From NCBI GenBank assembly GCA_963663225.1, contig OY760142.1:1508509-1572508 (forward strand): 64,000 bases of DNA, read 5' to 3'. The notes beneath the pieces are model-generated. The model was not told the DNA's origin. It searched no databases and saw only the letters and a list, made by a program, of their open reading frames with translations. Within the stretch, counting starts at the first letter, position 1. Every line of letters starts with the position of its first letter. Positions 41,271 through 50,956 of the stretch are shown here, one piece after another. This stretch comes from Nitrospirota bacterium (lineage in GTDB: Bacteria; Nitrospirota; UBA9217). Position numbers and translations under genes: made by a program.

Positions 41271-41299
41271 TTGACAGGTGGCCTTTAAGAAGCTACAAT
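41271..41299 (+). promoter_or_regulatory. sigma70-type promoter: TTGACA-N17-TACAAT
   Basis: Consensus -35 (41271-41276) and near-consensus -10 (41294-41299) with a 17-nt spacer. AAAGGAGG RBS and ATG follow at 41319. Confidence 0.55.
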
Positions 41300-41318
41300 T
41301 TCCCCTAAAGGAGGTATT

Positions 41319-42575
41319 ATGAGGAAAATCGTCATATGCGCCAGCCTGCTGTTCGTAATCCTTCTTGCGTATTCTGCTTCCCCTGCCTACTCAAAGTCAA
41401 GCCAGCCCCAAATTAACGCTTGTGTTGCGTGTCATACCAGCGACCAAACCTTAAAGAAGCTGTTCATACCCCCCAAGGTCCAGGCCTCGGAAGGAGAAGG
41501 GTGAGCAGGGGTGCCACCGTCAGTTCCGGCGGAACTGATGTACAAGGCGTTCCTGGTTGACAAGGATTTGCTTGATCAGGACGCGCATTTTTCAGAAGGT
41601 TGCAGCCCGTGCCACAAAGGCAATGAAAAAGGAAAAGGCAAGGAAGGGGCACACCGCGGCATGGTAAAACGGCCGTCAGATAATCTTGCTGTCTGCGGAA
41701 AATGCCATGAGGATACTTCGCAGCATTACAAAACAGCTCTTCACTATACCTCAGCAGGCCAGATGCATGGAGTCAAGGCGAGATTCAATGAGAAGGAATT
41801 CAAAGCATTTGATCAGAAAGTCTTTGGAAAATCCTGCAGGAGCTGCCATGCATCCTGCGGAGATTGCCATGTAAAATCTCCATCCATAGGAGGCATCGGA
41901 ACAGGATTTATCAAGGGGCACCAGTTCGTAAAACGTGATGAAGGAAAAACATGCGGTATCTGCCACGGAGGCAGAGTGTATCCGGAATACACCGGCGACT
42001 ATGGCGGCTCAGCAGACGTCCATTACCAGAAAGGAATGCTCTGTCTGGACTGCCATAAAAAATCGGAACTGCATGGCAATGGTACGGCTTATCAAGGAAG
42101 AAAGGAAGTCCAGGGACGGCCTGCCTGCGTTCAATGCCATCCCCGGGGCAGTGAAAAAACGGACACCTCGAAGACCGCCCATGTCCAGCATGGAGACAAG
42201 GTGAGTTGCTATGCGTGCCATTCAGGGGGAACCTACAGAAACTGCTACGACTGCCACCTTGGGAAGGGTGCATCATCAAAACCCGGCTTTATCCTGGGAA
42301 TAGATCCACAGAATAAAAAAACCGTTACTACCCTGAGACTGATACCAACCGTACGGGACACATTCAAACCGGCAGGAATTTCTATGGCAGGTTTTGATGC
42401 GCTCCCGAACTACTGGGGCACGTCGCCTCACAATATCAAAAAGCGCACCGAACGCACCCGGTCGTGTGACGTGTGCCATCAGGAGCACAAGGATTTTCTG
42501 ACAAAAGAAGGATTGATACCAAACGGTTCCAAGGCGAATGAAGGCCTAATTTATGACTTTAAACTCAATAAATAA
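41319..42575 (+). pseudogene. secreted undecaheme c-type cytochrome interrupted by one in-frame TGA (41502-41504). It is either a nonsense or sequencing lesion, or a Sec/readthrough codon.
   Basis: Track ORFs 41319..41504 (signal peptide plus CVACH) and 41511..42575 (10 further CxxCH motifs, no signal peptide) share a frame and are separated only by TGA-GCA-GGG. Confidence 0.6.
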
Positions 42576-42589
42576 AAGGAGGATGCTTA

Positions 42590-43485
42590 TGATCAGGAAA
42601 CGTATGCTGCAAATGCTGGTGTTGGTTCTTATTGTGATGCTGGTGCCCGTGGTGGCGGCAGCACGGGATGCCGCCCCGATTGTATCAACAGACTGGCTCG
42701 AAAAGAACCTGAAAAACAACAATGTGGTGATTATCGATATTCGGAAGGTGGAAGAATACAAGGCAGGCCACATTCCCGGAGCGGTTAATGCGGTCTATGG
42801 AACATGGGCGATTATGAAGGGTGGCCTGAGAAATGAGCTGCCCGCAGCAGATGACTTGTTTGATGCAATTGGTGCCGCAGGTATTGAGCCGACATCAAGC
42901 GTGGTTGTCGTAGGGAATGTTGAAACAACACCCGATCGCACCGATGTTACGAGAGTTGCTTGGACACTCAAGTACGCAGGCATTGAAAATGTTGCACTGC
43001 TCGATGGTGGTTATAAAAAATGGTTGGCGGATAAAAAGACGATATCTACCGACGTGGTGAAAGCAAAAACAAAAACATACAAAGGAAAAATCAATGCCAA
43101 TCTTTTTACGAACAAAGACTATGTGTTAAGCCAACTTGGTAAGGCAACAATTGTCGATGTCAGGGAAAAAGATTTTTACGAGGGCAAGAAAAAATTCGAT
43201 TTTGTAGCTAAAGCAGGAAGAGTCCCCGGCGCAAAGAATTTGCCCACCTCACTTCCTTATACAAAAGAGGGGACATTCAAGGACAAAGCAGAACTTACTG
43301 CGATTGCGGCGAATGTTGTGGGAACCGATGTATCAAAAGAAATAATCACCTATTGTGATACAGGCAAAGTATGTTCAGCCTGGACATTCTTGCTGTCTGA
43401 AGTCCTTGGATACAAGAATGTAAAGGATTACGACGGTTCTATGGAAGAATGGACAAAAGATCCTAAGGCTCCGTTCGAACCGTAA
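42590..43485 (+). CDS. periplasmic tandem-rhodanese sulfurtransferase (thiosulfate/3-mercaptopyruvate sulfurtransferase-like)
   Basis: Signal peptide. Two rhodanese modules, the second with active-site Cys in YCDTGKVCSA. AGGAGG RBS. Confidence 0.8.
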
Positions 43486-43496
43486 GCAGTCTTACG

Positions 43497-43530
43497 AAAA
43501 CGGGCAGAATTTTTCTGCCCGTTTTTTTAT
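43497..43530 (+). terminator. Rho-independent terminator after the cytochrome-rhodanese unit
   Basis: AAAACGGGCAG-AATTTTT-CTGCCCGTTTTTTTATT, which is a classic GC stem plus T-tract. Confidence 0.75.
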
Positions 43531-43730
43531 TCCACCTGCGCTTAGTCCTCAGCGCCATCCTTCTCCGTGTCTTTTGCCACGATGCTTTCCAGCCCCAAAA
43601 TACGCCTTTTATAGCCGAAACAGGTATTGCACAAGAAAAATTAAAGTATTAAATACCCATTTCGGGCGATTTACTTTCACGGAAGACTATGGTATGTCAT
43701 CTGTTAACGATATTGAAGAGGGCATACGAG

Positions 43731-44504
43731 ATGAAAAATGATGGTGAATTTACGCAAGACGGTACCGAACAAAGAAAACATACCCTGCTAATTCTCGACA
43801 GAGAGCCGCAAGAACTTATTCGAATGTCAAAGCTCTTTGAGCGAATAGGTTATCAAACCGCTACAGCTAGGATGGGTTGCGAGGCATTCAAGACAGTAAA
43901 GAAGATAATTCCAAACCTGATTCTTACTGCGATGGACCTTGAAGATATGAGTGGAATTGCATTCATTAGTCAGCTCAGCCAAAACAGAAAAACAGAACAT
44001 ATTCCAATCGTTGTTTTGAAAGGTCCCCAGGATCTTGCCAGGGAACAAGATTATCTTGGCGCTGGCGCAGCGGTTTGCCTGTGTAAGTCGTCTTCGATCG
44101 AAACGATGTATCAAACAATGCAGAGACTCCAGAAGAAAGAATTGCGGGAAAAAATCCGCATTCAAACGCATCACCCTGTTAAGATTGAGACTGCCCCGTT
44201 CTGCGATCATTATGGCATGCACACACTGACGTTATCGGAACGGGGGATGTTTCTTTTCAGCAGGGTGCATGCCCCTGAAAATACCAGGCTTGCGCTCCGT
44301 ATTAATCTACAAGGACTTATCATTGCGGCCGAAGCCAGGGTTTTGTACAATGGCCGGTCACGACGTAGTTCTCATCAGGAGCCCGGGTTAGGGCTTGAAT
44401 TTATTACTATTGGACCTCAAGACCGGGAATGCATACGGACATTCATAAACAATGAAATAATGAAAGACATTCAGCCGAAAATTAGCCTGCAGCTATCTGC
44501 TTGA
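43731..44504 (+). CDS. response-regulator receiver + PilZ domain protein (paralog 4, unlinked to the tandem trio)
   Basis: Same fold order as the trio. REKIR and LSERG motifs. Start uncertain (track ORF starts at 43689). Confidence 0.6.
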   Translation: MKNDGEFTQDGTEQRKHTLLILDREPQELIRMSKLFERIGYQTATARMGCEAFKTVKKIIPNLILTAMDLEDMSGIAFISQLSQNRKTEHIPIVVLKGPQDLAREQDYLGAGAAVCLCKSSSIETMYQTMQRLQKKELREKIRIQTHHPVKIETAPFCDHYGMHTLTLSERGMFLFSRVHAPENTRLALRINLQGLIIAAEARVLYNGRSRRSSHQEPGLGLEFITIGPQDRECIRTFINNEIMKDIQPKISLQLSA

Positions 44505-44598
44505 TAATTTTTCCAGTTAATTTTTTCAATATGTGAACAATGGTTGGAATTTTGATATAATCATGACTAAAAGCGGCCTACAAATGGAGACCTTAGCT

Positions 44599-45132
44599 AT
44601 GCAGAGGGTACGCGGTACAGCCTTTATAATTATCCTGACATTTTTTGCAACGCTTCAGGCTTGTGTAGCGGGTGTTCATCTCCTGCCGAAATCGGCAGAC
44701 CCGTCGGAAATTAAAGGAACTTATACGCTTATACTCTATGGATGCCGGTACGCAGATGATTTGGAGAACGTGGCTGTTCTTGTAGACGCAAAAAACAAGT
44801 ATAAATTTGAAGTTTATGCGCTTGAAAACATGTATAAAGTAAAAAAAGAAGTTTCGGGTTCAGAGGCAATTCGTGAAGCAAACGCATTTATCAACTGCAG
44901 CATGCATACCGTATGGCAGACGGTGCTGCGCAGAATTTCCGATGCCGACGGCAGAACCATCGCATACGAACTGAAACCATTATACAGGCCATGGGAATTT
45001 AAGATTTCAGAAGTACTGTTGTCTTCGTACGTGTTGCACGACGACACGGTGACGGCTTACTTTACGCTTGATCCGTCGGTGAAAATGGACGATGGACCTT
45101 TAATCTGGCCAAGAACCCTGAGACGTTATTAG
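44599..45132 (+). CDS. hypothetical lipoprotein
   Basis: Signal peptide ending in lipobox LQAC. No family recognised. Confidence 0.45.
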   Translation: MQRVRGTAFIIILTFFATLQACVAGVHLLPKSADPSEIKGTYTLILYGCRYADDLENVAVLVDAKNKYKFEVYALENMYKVKKEVSGSEAIREANAFINCSMHTVWQTVLRRISDADGRTIAYELKPLYRPWEFKISEVLLSSYVLHDDTVTAYFTLDPSVKMDDGPLIWPRTLRRY

Positions 45133-45191
45133 AGTACGGCACGCTGTTCACAATGGCTGCAGTTTGTATCCAAGCAAGAGGAGAGACAAGT

Positions 45192-45596
45192 ATGCTTCAA
45201 AATAAGATCGTAGCCCGCTACCAGGATGGCCGTGTAATAAAAGGATTCACCAGCGATTTTATGCCTGGAAAAAATATGCTGCACCTCAGTGTCTTCGGCG
45301 CACAGCCGAATTCGAAGCCCATACCTGTTTCTGTTCAGGAGTTAAAAGCGATTTTTTTTGTCAAGGACTTTACGGGAAATCCTGCGTATCAGGACAAAAG
45401 AGAATTCGATCCGGAGAAACCGGTTGCAGGTCGGAAGATTAAGGTGATTTTTAAAGATGGAGAGCTTTTGGTAGGAACTACACAAGGGTACCAACCAGGC
45501 CGGATAGGATTTTTTGTCTTCCCGATAGACCCGAAATCGAATAATGACCGCTGCTTTGTTGTCTCTCCCGCCACAAAAGGTATCTGGCTCGTCTGA
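45192..45596 (+). CDS. hypothetical protein
   Basis: AGGAGAG RBS. 134 aa. No family recognised by eye. Confidence 0.4.
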   Translation: MLQNKIVARYQDGRVIKGFTSDFMPGKNMLHLSVFGAQPNSKPIPVSVQELKAIFFVKDFTGNPAYQDKREFDPEKPVAGRKIKVIFKDGELLVGTTQGYQPGRIGFFVFPIDPKSNNDRCFVVSPATKGIWLV

Positions 45597-45654
45597 TCAC
45601 AAGCCAGACATCCGAAAAAATGGAATGGATAATTGTTTCTGACCAAAATCCCTG

Positions 45655-46590
45655 TCAATATCCTGCAAGAATCATTTCAAGGAGTGCCATGCGGACATAC
45701 AATCCGTTTTCGGCTTGTTCGAAGTACTTGGCCCTCGGATCACGATCAACGGCAAAGCTGATTTCAGTCACGCGCGGCAGGGGATGCATAAGGATGGAGT
45801 TTTTTTTCATCAGGTCGAGAATCTCAGTATTGATGGTAAAGCGTTCACTCTCCTTCACTACCTCTTCGTACGTGCTTTGCGGGTCATCTTGAAAGCGTTC
45901 TCGCTGCACTCTTGTCTGGTAAATAACATCCGCAACTGGGGCGACTGCCCGCAAATCATCCGTTTCGCTCCAGGAAATCCGGTGTTCATCAAGGTATGCC
46001 TTAATGTCTTCGCCCATCTTTGTCTGGACCGGTGAAACGAAGATAATACGGTTATCGGGAAAATGTTTTGCGAGAAAATACGAAAGAGAGCGAACCGTGC
46101 GTCCGTGCGCGAGGTCGCCGACCATCGCCACCGTAAGCCCCTGGATCCCCGCGAACGACTTGCGTATGGTGTACAAATCGAGGAGCGCCTGAGTCGGGTG
46201 CTGGCCTTTGCCGTCTCCGGCGTTGATTACCGGTACTTTTGAAAATCGCTGGGCCCGTTCTGCGCCGCCTTCCTTATGGTAGCGAAGAACGATCACGTCG
46301 CAATACGTACTGATGACACGAATGGAATCTTCAAGGCTTTCACCTTTTGCTTTTGAGGAAAACTGCTGCGCATTTTCCGTGCTGATGACATCCCCGCCCA
46401 GGTGTTTCATGGCCGCCTCAAAACTTAACCGAGTTCTGGTGCTCGGTTCATAAAATAACGAGGACATAAGCTTTCCATGGAGGACGCGCTGGACCGGTTT
46501 TCGTTCCATTTTTTCTGCGACGCTGAAAATAGTATTTAAGGTATCTGCATCAAATTGTTGCGCTTCGATGACCCCGCCTAATTTTTTCAT
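45655..46590 (-). CDS. pyrB: aspartate carbamoyltransferase catalytic subunit
   Basis: STRTR, HPTQ and HPLP motifs. AGGAG RBS at the internal Met. Confidence 0.9.
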   Translation of the reverse strand: MKKLGGVIEAQQFDADTLNTIFSVAEKMERKPVQRVLHGKLMSSLFYEPSTRTRLSFEAAMKHLGGDVISTENAQQFSSKAKGESLEDSIRVISTYCDVIVLRYHKEGGAERAQRFSKVPVINAGDGKGQHPTQALLDLYTIRKSFAGIQGLTVAMVGDLAHGRTVRSLSYFLAKHFPDNRIIFVSPVQTKMGEDIKAYLDEHRISWSETDDLRAVAPVADVIYQTRVQRERFQDDPQSTYEEVVKESERFTINTEILDLMKKNSILMHPLPRVTEISFAVDRDPRAKYFEQAENGLYVRMALLEMILAGY

Positions 46591-47201
46591 GAACAGTCTC
46601 CTTAAAAAGTTTCTGAAGAATGGTTCGGCAGCAGCATAAAAACCGACTGTAATCCGATCGATTATAACATATTTCAAATTGTCGTATACCAGAAAATCAT
46701 AAATATACAGATAACCTGATAATAACAAGTATTGCGGGAATGATTAAAGTAGACTATAATTAAGCGTTCTATCGTTCCGAAGCATTATAGGGTACCATGC
46801 AGCGTATCGAATTGTAACCCAAAATAAGTAAGAGCTGTCAAGCATAGCCAACAGATAAAAAGAAAGGTGGCCTTATGCTCAGTTCAAACGTGCTGCTGCG
46901 AATTCCTATTCCCGCGTTTTTTCTCTCTCCGGACTGCTTGCCGGAGCAGTCCACGGGGAATCAATCTCACCTGACGAAGAAATTATCATTATCGGCGGCA
47001 ATCGAAACTATCCTCTATTATACGAATTCCTTCAACAAAGTAATGCCTGATCCAAAAGTGGCGCATACCTTGCTCGATAGGGGGAGATATGCCTTCACAA
47101 GCGAATAGCCGTCATAAAAAGAGCTATAATAAGTAACAAGTATCTAGCGTATCGAGGCCCACCGCATTCATGGTTAACTTCATGGACAAAAGGAGAAAAA
47201 A

Positions 47202-48188
47202 ATGAAAAGTCTGGTAAGCGTGCTTTGCATTGTAGTGCTCACAGTTGTTTTTACCGTACCTTCATTTGCAGCGGACAAGGACCAATATCCTTCTAAGGTA
47301 ATAACAATCATTGTGCCATTCTCCGCTGGGGGACCGTCAGACACGGTAGCCCGTCTGCTCGCTCAGGCCATGGGACCGGTCCTCAAGACGCAGATTATTG
47401 TTGAAAATGTCGGTGGTGCGGGTGGAACCATTGGAGCCGCCAGGGTTGCCCAGGCTTCGCCCGATGGATATACGCTCTTTGTGCATCATATCGGTCATTC
47501 CACGGCCCCGGCACTTTATCGCAAACTGCCTTACGACCCTATCAGGGATTTTGAACCGATCGGACTGGTCAATGATGGAGCAATGGCTCTGGTGGCCAGA
47601 AAAAATTTTCCTGCAGACAACCTCAAGGAACTGATCACCTATGTAAAAGCCAACAAGGACAAAGTCAATCTGGCCAATGCGGGCGTAGGCTCCGCTTCGC
47701 ATTTGTGCGGGATACTTTTTATGTCCGCCATCCAGACGGACTTCATGACTATTCCGTATAAGGGAACGGGACCGGCCATGAACGACCTTCTCGGCGGCCA
47801 GGTGGATTTCATGTGCGACCAGACGACGAATGCCACGAGCCATATCAAAGCCGGAAAAGTCAGGGTGTATGGCGTGACCACGAAAAAACGAATCGATTCC
47901 ATGCCGAATGTTCCTACGATGAGTGAGGCGGGCCTTCCGAATTTTACGATAACCGTCTGGCATGCCCTGTATGCACCGAAAGGCACGCCAAAACCGATTA
48001 TTGCGAAGCTCTCAAAGGCTTTGCAGGAGGCACTGAAGAACCCCGTCTTAAAACAACGGTACGCCGATCTGGGCTCCGAACCTGTTGCGCAGAACCGCGC
48101 GACTCCCGAGGCCCTCAGAGCTCATCTCAAGGCTGAAATCAATAAATGGGGACCGATCATAAAAAAAGCAGGTGTGTTCGCAGATTGA
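47202..48188 (+). CDS. tctC: tripartite tricarboxylate transporter substrate-binding protein (TctC/Bug family)
   Basis: Signal peptide. PYKGTGPAMNDLLGGQVD motif. Confidence 0.8.
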   Translation: MKSLVSVLCIVVLTVVFTVPSFAADKDQYPSKVITIIVPFSAGGPSDTVARLLAQAMGPVLKTQIIVENVGGAGGTIGAARVAQASPDGYTLFVHHIGHSTAPALYRKLPYDPIRDFEPIGLVNDGAMALVARKNFPADNLKELITYVKANKDKVNLANAGVGSASHLCGILFMSAIQTDFMTIPYKGTGPAMNDLLGGQVDFMCDQTTNATSHIKAGKVRVYGVTTKKRIDSMPNVPTMSEAGLPNFTITVWHALYAPKGTPKPIIAKLSKALQEALKNPVLKQRYADLGSEPVAQNRATPEALRAHLKAEINKWGPIIKKAGVFAD

Positions 48189-48203
48189 TCTGGGGAGGGT
48201 GGT

Positions 48204-48665
48204 TTGAGACATATAGTGCGCAACACAAAAGATTTCTGGATCGGCCTCATCTATATCGCTATCGGATCTGCTGCCCTCATAATCAGCAGAGACTATGGCA
48301 TGGGTACGGCGGTGAGGATGGGGCCGGCCTATTTCCCCATCATACTCAGCGTTCTTTTGGTTACGATCGGGATAATTTCACTTATTCGTTCATTTCTTAA
48401 ACCAGGCGGTCCTGTCGGCGACTTTGCATGGAAAGGCTTTTTCTTCGTCATCGCGTCGACCATCCTGTTCGGTTTTATCGTTCGGGGAGCAGGATTGCTT
48501 ATTGCGTTGCCTCTCCTGATAATCATCAGCTCCTGCGCAAGCACCCGTTTTCGCTGGCAGTACTCGCTGGCGTTGGCAGCCGGTGTGACCGTATTTTGCA
48601 TTTTGGTATTTCAAAAAGGGCTGGGAGTTCCGATTCCCATTGTGGGGCCATGGTTCGGACAATAG
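48204..48665 (+). CDS. tctB: tripartite tricarboxylate transporter small permease TctB
   Basis: 153 aa, 4 TM, sitting between tctC and tctA. Confidence 0.6.
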   Translation: MRHIVRNTKDFWIGLIYIAIGSAALIISRDYGMGTAVRMGPAYFPIILSVLLVTIGIISLIRSFLKPGGPVGDFAWKGFFFVIASTILFGFIVRGAGLLIALPLLIIISSCASTRFRWQYSLALAAGVTVFCILVFQKGLGVPIPIVGPWFGQ

Positions 48666-48796
48666 CATTGGGAGGAGGACGCTCCGGCCAGCATCGGGAT
48701 TTTAACTTAAAGCATGGACAGCTGGATTTTTTGAAAAATTAAAAACTGGACGCTCGTGAAAATTCTAAGCGGAAGTGCTGAACGTAGCGAGGGACT

Positions 48797-50296
48797 ATGG
48801 ATCTGATTGCCAATATTGGTTTGGGTCTGTCGACCGCATTAACGCCGACCAATCTGCTGTATTGTCTTATAGGTGTTTTTCTCGGAACCCTGATTGGGGT
48901 GCTGCCAGGACTTGGGCCGACCGCAACGATTGCGATGCTGCTGCCTGTCACCTTTACGTTGCCGCCGGTTTCCGCACTCATCATGCTTGCTGGCATCTAT
49001 TACGGCTCCCAATACGGTGGGTCTACAACATCCATTCTGGTCAATGTTCCGGGAGAGGCCGCTTCCGTAGTCACAGCGCTCGACGGATATCAGATGGCGC
49101 GCAAGGGACGTGCCGGAGTTGCCTTGGCTACCGCAGCAATCGGTTCCTTCTTTGCCGGCACGGTTTCGACAATCATCCTCGCTCTGTTTGCCCCGCCTCT
49201 GGCTGCTATTGCGCTTAAGTTTGGTCCTGCGGAATTTTTCTCTCTCATGGTTCTGGGACTCCTCGCTTCGATGGTCCTTGCGAGGGGATCGCTGCTGCAT
49301 GCTACCGGAATGGTTGTTCTGGGACTGCTTCTGGGGCTGGTTGGGGCGGATGTCAACACCGGCACCCAGCGGTTTACCTTTGGCATACCGCAACTTGCTG
49401 ATGGCATCGGATTTGTGGTGGTTGCCATGGGCATGTTCGGCCTCGCGGAGATCATCCGCAACCTGGAGCATGAGGAGCAGCGATCAACAATCGTGAACAA
49501 AATTTCGAGTCTGATGCCGACCAGAGAGGACTGGAAACGCATCGTAGGTCCGATTCTGCGCGGAACCGGGATCGGGTCAGCGCTCGGCATACTTCCCGGT
49601 AGCGGTTCCATTCTGGGGTCGTTTGCAGCGTATGCCATAGAAAAAAAAGTTTCGAAGCACGGCAAGGAATTCGGAACAGGGGCGATTGAGGGTGTTGCTG
49701 CACCGGAGTCGGCGAACAATGCCGGGGCCCAGACTTCCTTCATCCCGATGCTTACCCTGGGCATTCCTTCGAATCCTGTGATGGCGCTCATGATTGGAGC
49801 GATGATCATTCAGGGGATTCAGCCCGGTCCTTCCGTGATCAACGAACAGCCGGTATTGTTTTGGGGCATCATCGTTTCCATGTGGATCGGCAACCTCTTT
49901 CTTGTCATTCTTAACCTGCCTATGATCGGCATGTGGGTGCGCATTGTAAGCGTGCCCTATCAACTCCTTTTTCCGGCGATCCTGGTGTTCTGCGGCATCG
50001 GCGTATTCAGTTTGAATAATACCGAATTCGATATTTACCTCATGGCGTTGTTCGGCCTGCTCGGCTATATCTTCGTCAAATTGGACTGCGAGCCTGCTCC
50101 CATGCTGCTGGCGTTCATTCTTGGTCCGTTGATGGAGGAGTATATGCGCCGGGCGTTGCTGCTCTCGCGCGGCGATCCGATGATATTCCTTACGCGTCCG
50201 ATCAGCGCTACGCTGCTCGCGCTCGGCGCGCTCGCAATCGTTGCGGCCAGCCTCCCGATTTTTTATAAAAAACGCGAAGAAACATTTCGTGAATAG
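48797..50296 (+). CDS. tctA: tripartite tricarboxylate transporter large permease TctA
   Basis: 499-aa polytopic protein with TctA-type N-terminus MDLIANIGLGLSTALTPTNLLYCLIGVFLGTLIGVLPGLGP. Confidence 0.85.
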   Translation: MDLIANIGLGLSTALTPTNLLYCLIGVFLGTLIGVLPGLGPTATIAMLLPVTFTLPPVSALIMLAGIYYGSQYGGSTTSILVNVPGEAASVVTALDGYQMARKGRAGVALATAAIGSFFAGTVSTIILALFAPPLAAIALKFGPAEFFSLMVLGLLASMVLARGSLLHATGMVVLGLLLGLVGADVNTGTQRFTFGIPQLADGIGFVVVAMGMFGLAEIIRNLEHEEQRSTIVNKISSLMPTREDWKRIVGPILRGTGIGSALGILPGSGSILGSFAAYAIEKKVSKHGKEFGTGAIEGVAAPESANNAGAQTSFIPMLTLGIPSNPVMALMIGAMIIQGIQPGPSVINEQPVLFWGIIVSMWIGNLFLVILNLPMIGMWVRIVSVPYQLLFPAILVFCGIGVFSLNNTEFDIYLMALFGLLGYIFVKLDCEPAPMLLAFILGPLMEEYMRRALLLSRGDPMIFLTRPISATLLALGALAIVAASLPIFYKKREETFRE

Positions 50297-50396
50297 TAAA
50301 CAATTTCTTTAAGTCCTCCCAGATGATCGTATTGTCTCATAAGTCTTCCGGTTTCATTTTTTTCAGAAAAAAACTCTTAAAATCCATCTAACGCTT

Positions 50397-50412
50397 TGGC
50401 ACTATTTTTGAT
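50397..50412 (+). promoter_or_regulatory. sigma54-type -24/-12 element (TGGCAC-N5-TTGA), imperfect -12
   Basis: TGGCAC is perfect. The -12 reads GA instead of GC. Lies about 110 nt upstream of the ferredoxin-AOR pair. Confidence 0.3.
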
Positions 50413-50521
50413 CATTCTTTGTCTTTAGATCCTCCTCCCTGAGAATATTTACGATATAATAATAACCATAAACAACATCAGACAGACGAAACTTCTGTTA
50501 TGTTTCCCGAAAGGAAATGCC

Positions 50522-50956
50522 ATGAAAATACTGACAACGCCCAGAATGGAACGGTGCATCGGGTGCCATTCCTGCTCCCTGGCCTGTGCACGGCTGGTAC
50601 ACAAACGGCTGTCCTGGGACACTGCCGGTATTCGCATATCCTCATCCGGAGGACTCTCAACGGGATTTGAGGCCCGGACGTGCGTTGCCTGTGACCCAGC
50701 GCCGTGCGCCGCAGCCTGCCCTACAGGTGCATACTCGCAACGGAAAGACGGTGGCGTCATCGTGCGGAAAAATCTCTGCATACGATGCGGTGCATGCGAA
50801 CGGGCCTGCCCCGTGGACGCGATTTACCGTGATTTCACCGGCGAGCCTTTTGTGTGCATCCACTGCGGCCGCTGCGTTCCGTTCTGTCCGCACGACTGCC
50901 TTGAGTTGGGGGAAGCCGGAACCAGAACAGCGGCGGAGAAGGGGGCGGCGTCATGA
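50522..50956 (+). CDS. 4Fe-4S dicluster ferredoxin, probable electron-transfer partner of AOR
   Basis: CIGCHSCSLAC, CVACDPAPCAAACP, CIRCGACERACP and CIHCGRCVPFCP motifs. Stop overlaps the AOR start (ATGA). Confidence 0.75.
   Translation: MKILTTPRMERCIGCHSCSLACARLVHKRLSWDTAGIRISSSGGLSTGFEARTCVACDPAPCAAACPTGAYSQRKDGGVIVRKNLCIRCGACERACPVDAIYRDFTGEPFVCIHCGRCVPFCPHDCLELGEAGTRTAAEKGAAS

Noticed and set aside
41319-41504. Treating the 61-aa signal-peptide monoheme ORF as an independent small cytochrome gene
   Set aside because: It is in the same frame as the downstream decaheme ORF with only TGA-GCA-GGG between them, and the downstream ORF lacks any export signal. A split arrangement would not yield a matured downstream cytochrome, so one interrupted gene is the better model.
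46931-46952. Perfect 8-bp-stem hairpin GGACTGCT-TGCCGG-AGCAGTCC in the pyrB-tctC intergenic region
   Set aside because: The T-run precedes rather than follows it on the plus strand, and on the minus strand it is followed by A's. It is not an intrinsic terminator in either direction and no function can be assigned.
46875-47108. 77-aa ORF in the pyrB-tctC intergenic region
   Set aside because: No RBS, low-complexity translation, and it sits inside a likely promoter/leader region.
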